Below are positions 22,415-30,981 of a stretch of 32,000 nucleotides of DNA, one piece after another. The notes under the pieces were generated by a model that was not told where the DNA came from, made no database searches, and saw only the letters and a list, made by a program, of their open reading frames with translations. Numbering within the stretch: position 1 is the first letter of the stretch; the number at the start of each line of letters is the position of its first letter. This stretch comes from Archaeoglobus fulgidus DSM 4304 (GTDB lineage Archaea; Halobacteriota; Archaeoglobi; Archaeoglobales; Archaeoglobaceae). A program made the position numbers and the translations under genes. The stretch spans positions 1,590,001 through 1,622,000 of the forward strand of contig NC_000917.1 of assembly GCF_000008665.1 (NCBI RefSeq), given 5' to 3'.

Positions 22415-22981
22415 TCATTCAAGAACAGCATGCCTCGCCTCCAAATCTTTTTCGGTAAGATGCTTCTGCATCATGATTTCAGCAACGAGCGCATCGAGGA
22501 AAATCATGGCGGTGAGCTCAAACATGGTTCCGAGAGGAGCGAGCTGGGAAAGTATCTCGTCCCTCTCCTGCTTCATCTTCCCCTTCACGACCATCACAAC
22601 GTCAGCCATCTTCGCAAGGCTCGAATCCCTCTTACCGGTTACCGCAACAAGCTTCGAGCCAATGTCCTTGGCTTTTTTGCTTATGTTCACAACAGACGTA
22701 GTCTCACCGCTGCCAGAAATGGCTACAAGAACGTCCTGGTCGGTTATTCTCGGAGTTACGGTCTCTCCTACGACGTAAACGGTATATCCGAGGTGCATCA
22801 GCCTCATTGCGAAGGCTTTGGCGATGTAACCGCTCCTTCCGGCACCTATGACGAAAATAGACCTGGCGGAGTCAATTAATTTTATCATTTCACCAACCGT
22901 TTCGAGGTCGATATGGTTTCTCAGGTTTTTTATGTGCTCGGAGACAACTTCCAGAAACCTGAGCATCGTTTCGCCTACCAT
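22415..22981 (-). CDS. hxlB: 6-phospho-3-hexuloisomerase (SIS domain, PHI)
   Basis: SIS motifs GAGRSGYIAKAFAMRLMHLG and LVAISGSGETTSVV. The ~188-aa size is typical of PHI. An internal ATG at codon 6 is an alternative start. Confidence 0.82.
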   Translation of the reverse strand: MVGETMLRFLEVVSEHIKNLRNHIDLETVGEMIKLIDSARSIFVIGAGRSGYIAKAFAMRLMHLGYTVYVVGETVTPRITDQDVLVAISGSGETTSVVNISKKAKDIGSKLVAVTGKRDSSLAKMADVVMVVKGKMKQERDEILSQLAPLGTMFELTAMIFLDALVAEIMMQKHLTEKDLEARHAVLE

Positions 22982-23019
22982 AGGTATTGAATAGTCTTTT
23001 TCTCTGTTTTTAACACTAA

Positions 23020-23985
23020 CTATACCACCACCATGTTAACAACGACCTCGGCAATGTCTGCTGAGTAGCCGGCAATTCTTGAAAGGCTGTCAACAATTGA
23101 TTTCAGGTTCAGTGCCTCCTCAACGTCCTCATTCAGAATGCTGCTGTAGTACTTTCTCTCTATATCCTGAATGTCGTCAAACTCTTCCAGAACAACTTCT
23201 GCAAGCTCCAGCTCGTTCTCAATGAATGCAACCATTGCAGTTCTGAGCATTTCGAGGTCTATTTCGACGAAATCGCAAAGGTAGTCGACGGGCTTTCCGA
23301 GCTCAATAAGGCTTTCAGCCATGTTTGCGGCGTGGTCAGCAACCCTCTCCAGAGTTCTAACTACAGTTCTGTATTCCTGTATGGTCTCAATTGGAATATC
23401 GAGCTGTGCAGCAACATCTGCGTGGAGAGTTGCCTGCTTTAACTGCCTTAGAAGCAGGAAGTAAAGCCTGTCAACCTCTCTTTCCCTGAAGATTATTGAG
23501 CTGCAAAGGTATCTGTCGTACTTCCTCAGGGCTGTGCAGAAGTCCGACACCATGCCCACGCAGGTGTTCCCCATCCTTCTGATTATTCCTTCTGGCTTTA
23601 GCCTTGAGTTGTCGAGGAAAATTTCCAGAATAACCTCTTTCCCTGTGTCCTCGACTATCTCAACACCCATTAGGCTTTCAGATGCCCTCGAAATCGCAGC
23701 CCTTTGCTCTTCATCGTAGACTCTAATTCTGAGCGAGTCAACTCCTGCAAGGTAGTAGGAAATAATCCTCCTTAAGAGGGCCTCGTGTTTCACATCTTTT
23801 GCGTCAATTTCCACTCGCTTAATCTTGAGTCCCGGATTTTTGGGGTATATTGTGATGAAGTTTTTGCCAACGCTCAGAACGACCTCGCTCCCCGGCTCTA
23901 TACCGTTTTCCATCGCCCATCTTTTTGGAAGCGTTAGAATGTAGCTGCTTTTTCCACTGAAGTACACCTTCCTGTTCTCGAGCAT
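23020..23985 (-). CDS. PhoU-domain phosphate-uptake regulator with N-terminal SpoVT/AbrB-type DNA-binding domain
   Basis: The N-terminus KVYFSGKSSYILTLPKRWAMENGIEPGSEVVLSV is a swapped-hairpin AbrB-like fold. It is followed by two PhoU-like helical repeats (...LERVADHAANMAE..., ...LSRIAGYSADIAE...). Confidence 0.82.
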   Translation of the reverse strand: MLENRKVYFSGKSSYILTLPKRWAMENGIEPGSEVVLSVGKNFITIYPKNPGLKIKRVEIDAKDVKHEALLRRIISYYLAGVDSLRIRVYDEEQRAAISRASESLMGVEIVEDTGKEVILEIFLDNSRLKPEGIIRRMGNTCVGMVSDFCTALRKYDRYLCSSIIFREREVDRLYFLLLRQLKQATLHADVAAQLDIPIETIQEYRTVVRTLERVADHAANMAESLIELGKPVDYLCDFVEIDLEMLRTAMVAFIENELELAEVVLEEFDDIQDIERKYYSSILNEDVEEALNLKSIVDSLSRIAGYSADIAEVVVNMVVV

Positions 23986-24003
23986 GATATATAGCCATTT
24001 ATT

Positions 24004-24014
24004 GGATATATATC
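24004..24014. promoter_or_regulatory. Palindromic TATA-type box GGATATATATC, copy 1 (serves the minus-strand phoU-like gene)
   Basis: An exact 11-mer that contains the 10-bp perfect palindrome GATATATATC. Exactly 18 nt separate it from the ATG at 23985. Confidence 0.55.
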
Positions 24015-24043
24015 CCTATCGATATTCTACCGTTTAAGGAAAA

Positions 24044-24054
24044 GGATATATATC
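24044..24054. promoter_or_regulatory. Palindromic TATA-type box GGATATATATC, copy 2 (serves the plus-strand PiT gene)
   Basis: An exact repeat of copy 1, 40 bp away. Exactly 18 nt separate it from the ATG at 24073. Confidence 0.55.
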
Positions 24055-24072
24055 AGAGTTCGAACGCTCTGC

Positions 24073-25074
24073 ATGGACTTGTTTATTGTCGTCGCTGGAA
24101 TTGTTGGCTTTTACGTTGCGTGGAACATCGGTGCCAACGATGCTGCTAACTCAATGGCCACGTCCTATGGCAGCAGGGCATTGACTTTGAAGCAGATTAT
24201 AATTATTGCCTCAGTACTGGAGTTTACCGGAGCCGTATTTTTCGGTAAGAAGGTTACGCACACCATTGCTAAAGGTATAGTTCCAATCGAGCTTCTGGAC
24301 CACAATCTGGTGGTTTACGGAGCTTTAGCAGCTCTCCTTTCCGCGGGATTCTGGATCACGATCTCAACCTACTACCATCTGCCCATCTCCACAACGCACT
24401 CGATTGTGGGGGCGATGGTGGGTTTCGGTCTTGCAGCGGTCTCGCAGAATCACCTCACCCTAGACCAGATTAAGTGGGATGTTTTGGCAAGAATTGCGTT
24501 GAGCTGGGTGATTTCACCTCTTTTCGGTGCGGCTCTTGCTTTTGTTGTTTTTTCCCTCATCAGAGTCCTCCTTCTTGACAGATTTGCGAGTGAAAGTATA
24601 GAGCACGTCTTCCGCTATCTTCAGGTTCTCACCGCCTGCTACATGGCCTTTGCCCACGGAAGCAATGATGTGGCTAATGCAACGGGGCCCATTGCCGCAA
24701 TTATGGGCTACAGCGGTGGAGTACCTTTCTGGGTACTTTTCTTCGGCGGTCTCGGAATTGCTGTGGGAATTGCCACATGGGGATACAGGGTTATCGAGAC
24801 TGTTGGGAAGCAGATTACAGAACTGACTTACACGAGAGGATTTTCCGCTGAGTTTGCAACTGCAACAACTGTTTTGCTTGCATCCAACTTCGGCATGCCC
24901 GTGTCAACAACGCACACGCTCGTTGGCAGCGTGATTGGTGTGGGTCTTGCTGGTGGTTTGGCCAGTGTGAACCTGAAAATCGTGCAAAAGATTATATTCT
25001 CATGGATTGTAACGGTTCCGGTGGCAGCAGCGATGACGATAAGCCTTTACACCATGATGGTGGTGTTCGTATGA
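24073..25074 (+). CDS. pit: Inorganic phosphate transporter, PiT family
   Basis: Duplicated PiT signatures [12 protein letters not shown] and [11 protein letters not shown], and a polytopic membrane protein of 333 aa. Confidence 0.92.
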
Positions 25075-25751
25075 AGTTCTTCAGATCAGTCGGAGAGGTT
25101 TTCGGGTACTCTCCATTCCGCTCCTTAGCCCAGCACGCCAGAATGTGTGGTAGAGCTGTCGGGCTGCTCCAGCAGCAGTTTGAAGCTCTGAGGAGAGGGA
25201 ATTACGAGGAGGTTGAGGAGCTGAGAGAGGAGATAGATGAGCTTGAGCACCATGCCGACCAGATTAAGGAAGAAATCAGAGGGAACGTGACCAAATCCCT
25301 CATGCTTCCCGTTGACAGGCACGACTTGCTTGAATTTTTGAAGGTTCAGGATGACATACTCAACAACTGCGAGCATGTGGGGCACATGGTCACCTTCAGG
25401 AAGGTCAGCGCTCCCGAAGATGTGTGGGACGAGTTCTTGGTTCTGCTTTCAAAGCTGATGGAGATTGTGAACAACTACGAGGAGATGGTTGAGAGAATAA
25501 TGCAGCTTGTTGAAACTTCCTTCAGCAAGAAGGAGGTGAACAGAGCTTTGGAGTACGTCCCCATCATCGAGCAGCTGGAGCACGAGTGCGACCTGATCCA
25601 GATCGGATTGCACACGAAGTTGTTCAACCTGGAAAATTCCAATCCGCTTGACATTCAGCTGATGGTAACCTGGGTCGTTCATTTGGGTTACGTGGCCAAC
25701 GCTGCAGCGAGGGCTTCAGACAGATTCAGGATCATGATTCTCGGTCGCTAA
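25071..25751 (+). CDS. DUF47/TIGR00153-type PhoU-like protein (PiT accessory / putative phosphate transport regulator)
   Basis: ATGA stop/start overlap with the PiT gene. The helical protein MKFFRS...[34 protein letters not shown]...[11 protein letters not shown] is typical of the PiT-associated DUF47 family. The track start at 25002 lies inside PiT. Confidence 0.82.
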
Positions 25752-26738
25752 TTCCTCTTTTGTGTAGTAGTTGTAGATGGCGGTTGCGAGCCCAACTATC
25801 ATCGGGGCGATGAAGAAGCCGCTGATACCTCCAACCAGCCCACCTCCAATGAAGGCGAGCATCAGAACAAGAGGGTGAATTTTTGAGGTGTACCCGACAA
25901 AGTACGGGCGAAGAATAAGTTCTGGGAGAACGTAGAGGAAAACAACGCCTATCAGGAGAAAGCTCAGCCCCCTACCGACGTCTACAAGAAGCAGATATAG
26001 CGAGACGGGGAGTATAATCATCCACTCCGCGAAAATCGGAATCAGGGCGGCGAGGAACATCAAGCCTGAGAGCAGGGGGGCGAAGGGCACGTTGAAGTAA
26101 AGGAAGAACGGAAGGCTCACAAGCCCGATGAGGATGGCAACTACGAAGTTTCCGAACCAGAGGGATTCGAAGGTAACGTCAATTTCCTCAACAAATCTCC
26201 TGAACTCATCTCTTCTGTCCTCCGGAACAACGCTTGTCGTTCTGCGAACGAAGTTTTCCATGTCCGCGAGAGCGTAAAAGCAAACCACGATGGATATGAA
26301 AAAGTTCAGAATCAGGAGGGTTGCCTTCTTTGTTATTTCAACCGCTGATGGTTGAATGCTGCTCTGCAAAATGGAGAAAACGTTTGAGGTAATCCACTTC
26401 ACGTACTCTTCACCCTCTTCTATGCCCATTTTGCTCAGAATGTTGAGAATGCCGGATTCTATTACTTTGTAGTGCGTTATGAGATAAATGGCCTGGTTTA
26501 GTCCCTGTATCAGCCCGTAAAACATCAAAACCGATATCGGGAGGATGACGATTGCGGTGGCGATGACGGACGCCTTGATCCTGCCGACATGTTCGATTTT
26601 CCTCTTTACCGGCTTGGCTACGTAGGCAAAGACGACGCCCATTACAATGCCGTCGAGCAGCGGTGTGAAGAAGTAGAAGGTTAGTGCGAGAACAACAAGT
26701 ATTGAAAGCAGCAGAACCAATGTCCAGTATTTGTTCAT
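25716..26738 (-). CDS. AI-2E family transporter / PerM-like permease (UPF0118)
   Basis: About 8 hydrophobic segments, and a C-terminal glycine-rich helix LAFIGGGLVGGISGFFIAPMIVGLA characteristic of the family. It starts 2 nt after the upstream SpoU-type gene stop. Confidence 0.75.
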   Translation of the reverse strand: MNKYWTLVLLLSILVVLALTFYFFTPLLDGIVMGVVFAYVAKPVKRKIEHVGRIKASVIATAIVILPISVLMFYGLIQGLNQAIYLITHYKVIESGILNILSKMGIEEGEEYVKWITSNVFSILQSSIQPSAVEITKKATLLILNFFISIVVCFYALADMENFVRRTTSVVPEDRRDEFRRFVEEIDVTFESLWFGNFVVAILIGLVSLPFFLYFNVPFAPLLSGLMFLAALIPIFAEWMIILPVSLYLLLVDVGRGLSFLLIGVVFLYVLPELILRPYFVGYTSKIHPLVLMLAFIGGGLVGGISGFFIAPMIVGLATAIYNYYTKEELATENHDPESV

Positions 26739-26740
26739 GC

Positions 26741-27436
26741 TTATATTCTATTCATCCTCTTTATGTAGCTAACGGTTTTGCGAAAGATTGCGTTCAGGCT
26801 GTGGACCTCATATTTCTTAACTCCGGCCCTTCCGAGTATTCTTCTGAAGATTACAACGGTTCTCTTTATCCTGTGCTCCGGATACTGCACCATTCTCAGC
26901 ATTTCGACGAGATTCGAGAGCGTAACCTCGATGTCCCTAAAGGTGGCAATCTCGTCATCCTCTTGAACTCTTTCGATTTCTCTGAGAAAGTAAAGTATAA
27001 CTGCCGCGGCATGGCTGACGTTCATAACAGGATACTCTTCGCTCGTCGGCACTCTGACAAGGACGTGGCACATTTCAAGCTCTTCGTTGTAAAGTCCGTA
27101 GTCCTCCCTTCCGAAAAGAACGGCAACCCTGCCCTTGGCAACGGAAGGCAGGTCTTCTGGAGCAAGGAGCTCCTTTCTCAGGTACTTGTAGTCCCCTCCC
27201 GGAATTCCGGTCGTTCCGACGATCAGATTCATCCTTTGGAGAAATTCTTGCAGGTCCTCAACTACAACAGCATTCTCCAGCACATCTTTCGCGTTAGCGG
27301 CGGTGTGGTAGCTTTCTTCCGTAACCCTGCATTTGTAGAGACAGAGCCTCTTTATGCCATAGTTTTTCGCAACCCTCGCAATGAACCCCACGTTCTCGGG
27401 AATCTTCAGTTCAACGAGCACGGGCCAAACTTCCAT
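26741..27436 (-). CDS. SpoU/TrmH-family (SPOUT) RNA 2'-O-methyltransferase, TrmJ-like with C-terminal extension
   Basis: SPOUT motifs ENVGFIARVAKNYG, AVLFGREDYGL, and PVMNVSHAAAVILY, followed by a ~70-aa C-terminal extension. Confidence 0.8.
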   Translation of the reverse strand: MEVWPVLVELKIPENVGFIARVAKNYGIKRLCLYKCRVTEESYHTAANAKDVLENAVVVEDLQEFLQRMNLIVGTTGIPGGDYKYLRKELLAPEDLPSVAKGRVAVLFGREDYGLYNEELEMCHVLVRVPTSEEYPVMNVSHAAAVILYFLREIERVQEDDEIATFRDIEVTLSNLVEMLRMVQYPEHRIKRTVVIFRRILGRAGVKKYEVHSLNAIFRKTVSYIKRMNRI

Positions 27437-27471
27437 TGTCTCTTCCGCAACTCCAATGTTAATCTTTCTTT

Positions 27472-28155
27472 CTAAAGCCCCATGGCGATTTTCAGAATTT
27501 CCAGTTTCAGCCTCTCGTTCATCCAGCGGAGGTGGGAGAGAAGGAAGTTGTAAACTTCACTGCCTTCTCTAAGGTTGCTTATCATTTTTGGAATGTCCAA
27601 GCTCATCGGACAGCTCTTCCTACACCTCCCGCAGGAGAGGCACAGCTTCAAAGCATCTTTTCCCCCTGTAAGGGCATCGAAAAGCGCAAACCTCCCACCG
27701 GAAAATTTTTCACCGTAAACTGAGTGAGCGGGGCAGTTCGCGACGCAGCTTCCGCAGCCAAGGCAGTAAAGCAACTCCCTGTAATCAGAGTTTGCAATGC
27801 TGCTCCTCCCGTTGTCCAGCAGAATTACTGTAATCTCCTTGGGCCTTCCCATTTTTATCAGCTTCTTTTCTATGTCGGCCGTTTTTGCGGCTCCTGAAAC
27901 AATTTCGATGAAAGACGGGAGAATTTCACCGGTTGCATAGAAGCTCTGAAGCTTTGCCGCTTTCACAGCGCTCTCAACACTGCTGTATATCTTCTCTATT
28001 CCGGTTACAACGATCCACTTTTCAGGCCTCGAAAGAACTTCGAAGACGTTCCCCTCGTTGTGAAGGATAACCACGCTCCCCTCTGCAGTAACCGCATTGG
28101 CCCCGGTAATTCCTACATTTGCCCTCTCGACCGCATTTTCAATGTCCTTTCTCAA
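27472..28155 (-). CDS. LutB/YkgF-like iron-sulfur protein, C-terminal portion (second half of LUD domain plus 2x[4Fe-4S])
   Basis: ANVGITGANAVTAEGSVVILHNEGN (LUD domain core), CLGCGSCVANCP and CLSCGRCRKSCP. Its TTG start overlaps the upstream ORF stop as TTGA. See the finding on the frame change. Confidence 0.75.
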   Translation of the reverse strand: MRKDIENAVERANVGITGANAVTAEGSVVILHNEGNVFEVLSRPEKWIVVTGIEKIYSSVESAVKAAKLQSFYATGEILPSFIEIVSGAAKTADIEKKLIKMGRPKEITVILLDNGRSSIANSDYRELLYCLGCGSCVANCPAHSVYGEKFSGGRFALFDALTGGKDALKLCLSCGRCRKSCPMSLDIPKMISNLREGSEVYNFLLSHLRWMNERLKLEILKIAMGL

Positions 28156-28679
28156 AAATTCAACGATTTTTTCGCCTTTGGCGGGATTTCGGTTCCGTAA
28201 AAGTCCGAAAGCCGATTTGCAATGCTCTCAACTGAGAGGTGCACAGCGGGTCCTGTTGGGTGAGAGGGATGCTCATTTAGCACTTGTATAAGCCTGTCTC
28301 CGATGTCCGTTTCGATTACCTCCATCCCCCTCTTCTCAAGCTCTTCCCTAAGCCGTATTTCCTTAGTGACATTAGACTTCGACTTTACAACAAGCTTCTC
28401 CTCTCCAACAACTTCCAAAACTTTTTTCACCGCTTCATAAGAAGTTGGGGTGAGATAAACGTCAAAACCTCTCCTTTCGAGGCTTTCCATCACCTTTCTG
28501 AGGAGCTCATTATTACCAACGTCATTTTCTCTTTCCTCTCTCACCTTTTTTGCCAGCTCCTTTACCTCAGGGTAGAGCCTCAAGTTAGCCCTCTGCCTCT
28601 CCCTCAGAATTTTGAAAGCCCTGTTCATCGCGATTAGCTTTTCAGCTTTCTCTCTGTCCACACCCAAACTAATTATCAA
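28152..28679 (-). CDS. LutB/YkgF-like protein, N-terminal portion (first half of LUD domain)
   Basis: 175 aa ending ...GDRLIQVLNEHPSHPTGPAVHLSVESIANRLSDFYGTEIPPKAKKSLNF. It is colinear with the N-terminal half of LutB-type proteins and ends shortly after an A6 run. Confidence 0.7.
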   Translation of the reverse strand: MIISLGVDREKAEKLIAMNRAFKILRERQRANLRLYPEVKELAKKVREERENDVGNNELLRKVMESLERRGFDVYLTPTSYEAVKKVLEVVGEEKLVVKSKSNVTKEIRLREELEKRGMEVIETDIGDRLIQVLNEHPSHPTGPAVHLSVESIANRLSDFYGTEIPPKAKKSLNF

Positions 28680-28683
28680 CTAT

Positions 28684-29616
28684 TTAAAACTCTATCTCGT
28701 CCATTGCGATTGACTCTCTAAGGCCGAGCAAAAGCTCGAATTCCTGGGGGCTTATTACCGGCTTCTCAAACCTCGCCCCGTCATCGTAGGCTATCCGGGG
28801 ACAGGCGGTGTTGACGTAGAAGTCAAAGGGCAGGTTGTATAGCTCCTCGGCCCTTACGTTGTTAAGGTAGATTATGCTGCAGAACAGCCCATTTTCCCTT
28901 CCGATTTTCTTTAGTTTTTCAGCAAGCCTGAGCCTTCTCTGGCCGGGCTTTGAAGACACCAGAATACCTGCTTTACTCTTCCCCACGCACTTCGAGACCT
29001 CTAGGTACCTCTTTTTCTCAAAGTTCCTGGCATCAACCTCCTTAAGTTCACCCGAAAGGGGATTGTAGGCGTAAACCTTTTTCTTGGTGTACATCGCCGC
29101 TCCCGTGGCATGGAAAAGCCCATCGCCAATGAAAACAACCGCATCGGCGTTACTGCCTCTCAAAACCGAGTAGTTGCAACCAAGAACCTGTCCCGGATAG
29201 ACAACCCTCCCCCTTGGACTGCCGATTTCAACCTCGTAGCCTTTGCCTCTTAGCCACTCTGCAACCTCGGGGAGCTTGTGCACGTACTGAGCCGTTGCGA
29301 TGAGAGCGATTCTCCTTTCATCAACTTTCAGGTCAATTTTTGGGTTGTATTCGATAAAGTACGGCACGTAAACGACCCTTTCATCTTTCAGGATGGGTGT
29401 ATGGGCGAAATGCAGGAGAACGTCAACTACTTCGAGGATAGAGAGGTCGATGTCGCACGCTCCAAAGCTTGTCTCGCCGGAGATTACAACATCGTACCCC
29501 CTATCCTCAATGAGCTGAGCTATTTCTATGGCTCTTCTCTTAAGTCCATCGGGAAGCTGTATTCCGACTTTTTTGGCATTTCCAAGCTTTTCAAACGGGA
29601 TGGAGATATTATTCAT
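28684..29616 (-). CDS. dph2: Diphthamide synthesis protein Dph2 (2-(3-amino-3-carboxypropyl)histidine synthase, radical SAM-type)
   Basis: KKVGIQLPDGLKRRAIEIAQLIEDRGYDVVISGETSFGACDID and three-domain colinearity with archaeal Dph2. I prefer the ATG at 29616 (MNNISIP...) over the track GTG at 29622. Confidence 0.88.
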   Translation of the reverse strand: MNNISIPFEKLGNAKKVGIQLPDGLKRRAIEIAQLIEDRGYDVVISGETSFGACDIDLSILEVVDVLLHFAHTPILKDERVVYVPYFIEYNPKIDLKVDERRIALIATAQYVHKLPEVAEWLRGKGYEVEIGSPRGRVVYPGQVLGCNYSVLRGSNADAVVFIGDGLFHATGAAMYTKKKVYAYNPLSGELKEVDARNFEKKRYLEVSKCVGKSKAGILVSSKPGQRRLRLAEKLKKIGRENGLFCSIIYLNNVRAEELYNLPFDFYVNTACPRIAYDDGARFEKPVISPQEFELLLGLRESIAMDEIEF

Positions 29617-29618
29617 GA

Positions 29619-30443
<825 letters not shown>

Positions 30444-30444
30444 G

Positions 30445-30981
30445 ATGAACGTCGTTGAGCTGGAAATTCCGGAGGATAGGGTTGGTGTGCTGATAGGCAA
30501 GGATGGGGAGATTAAAAAGCTGATTGAGGAGAAGACTGGCTGCAAGTTAACCGTTTTGGGCAAGCATAACGTTGTCAAAATCGAGTGCGAGGACGCTCTT
30601 GGATTCATGAGGGCGAGGGATGTTGTTTCCGCAATCTCACACGGTTTCTCCCCCGACGTAGCTCTTAAGCTCCTCTACGACGAAAATTTGGTTCTTGAGG
30701 TGATCAATCTCTCCGATTTTCTTTCCGACAACGCATTGAGGAGGATTAAGGGCAGGATAATCGGCAAGGAGGGGAAGATGAGAAAGCAGATTGAAGACAT
30801 GCTGAACGTAAACATCTCCATCTCAGACAAGCACGTGGCGATAATTGGCGATCCCGAAAACGTTGCTGCTGCAAGGGAGGCAATTATGATGCTTGTCGAA
30901 GGGGCGCACACTTCAACAGTAATAAAGTTCATGGAAAGGAAGAGGAGGGATTTGAAGACGAGAAGTCTCGATTGGTTATGA
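30445..30981 (+). CDS. Double-KH-domain RNA-binding protein (archaeal Dim2/Pno1-like)
   Basis: Two KH GxxG loops, VGVLIGKDGEIKKLIEEKTG and GRIIGKEGKMRKQIEDMLN. The ATG at 30445 lies 1 nt after the rio1 stop, with GGTGAG upstream. The track GTG at 30436 is an alternative start. Confidence 0.85.
   Translation: MNVVELEIPEDRVGVLIGKDGEIKKLIEEKTGCKLTVLGKHNVVKIECEDALGFMRARDVVSAISHGFSPDVALKLLYDENLVLEVINLSDFLSDNALRRIKGRIIGKEGKMRKQIEDMLNVNISISDKHVAIIGDPENVAAAREAIMMLVEGAHTSTVIKFMERKRRDLKTRSLDWL

Noticed and set aside
22226-22879. 217-aa and 133-aa plus-strand ORFs
   Set aside because: They are antisense to the M42 5' end and the PHI (SIS domain) gene. There are no motifs, and the opposite-strand genes are well supported.
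23951-23960. Possible replication origin: TTTCCACTGA resembles the reverse complement of the euryarchaeal mini-ORB core (CCAGTGGAAA), it lies near an AT-rich TATATA spacer, and DP1 is often origin-proximal in Thermococcales
   Set aside because: There is only one imperfect copy, and it lies inside the AbrB-PhoU coding sequence. No repeated ORB elements exist anywhere in the window, there is no cdc6/orc1 gene, and the AT-rich spacer is only 87 bp and is explained by two promoters. The spacer next to DP1 is 19 bp.
26684-27475. 263-aa plus-strand ORF
   Set aside because: It is antisense to the SpoU/TrmH methyltransferase, which has all SPOUT motifs. There are no recognisable motifs on the plus strand. 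It is a shadow ORF.
28166-28172. Canonical programmed -1 frameshift heptamer A-AAA-AAT (as in the Sulfolobus fucosidase gene) at the LutB split
   Set aside because: The coding strand does read AAAAAAT. In the upstream zero frame, however, it is phased GCG-AAA-AAA-TCG rather than X-XXY-YYZ, and I see no obvious downstream stimulatory hairpin. A specific programmed-frameshift claim is therefore not supported. Only the generic homopolymer indel or slippage possibility is retained in the finding.
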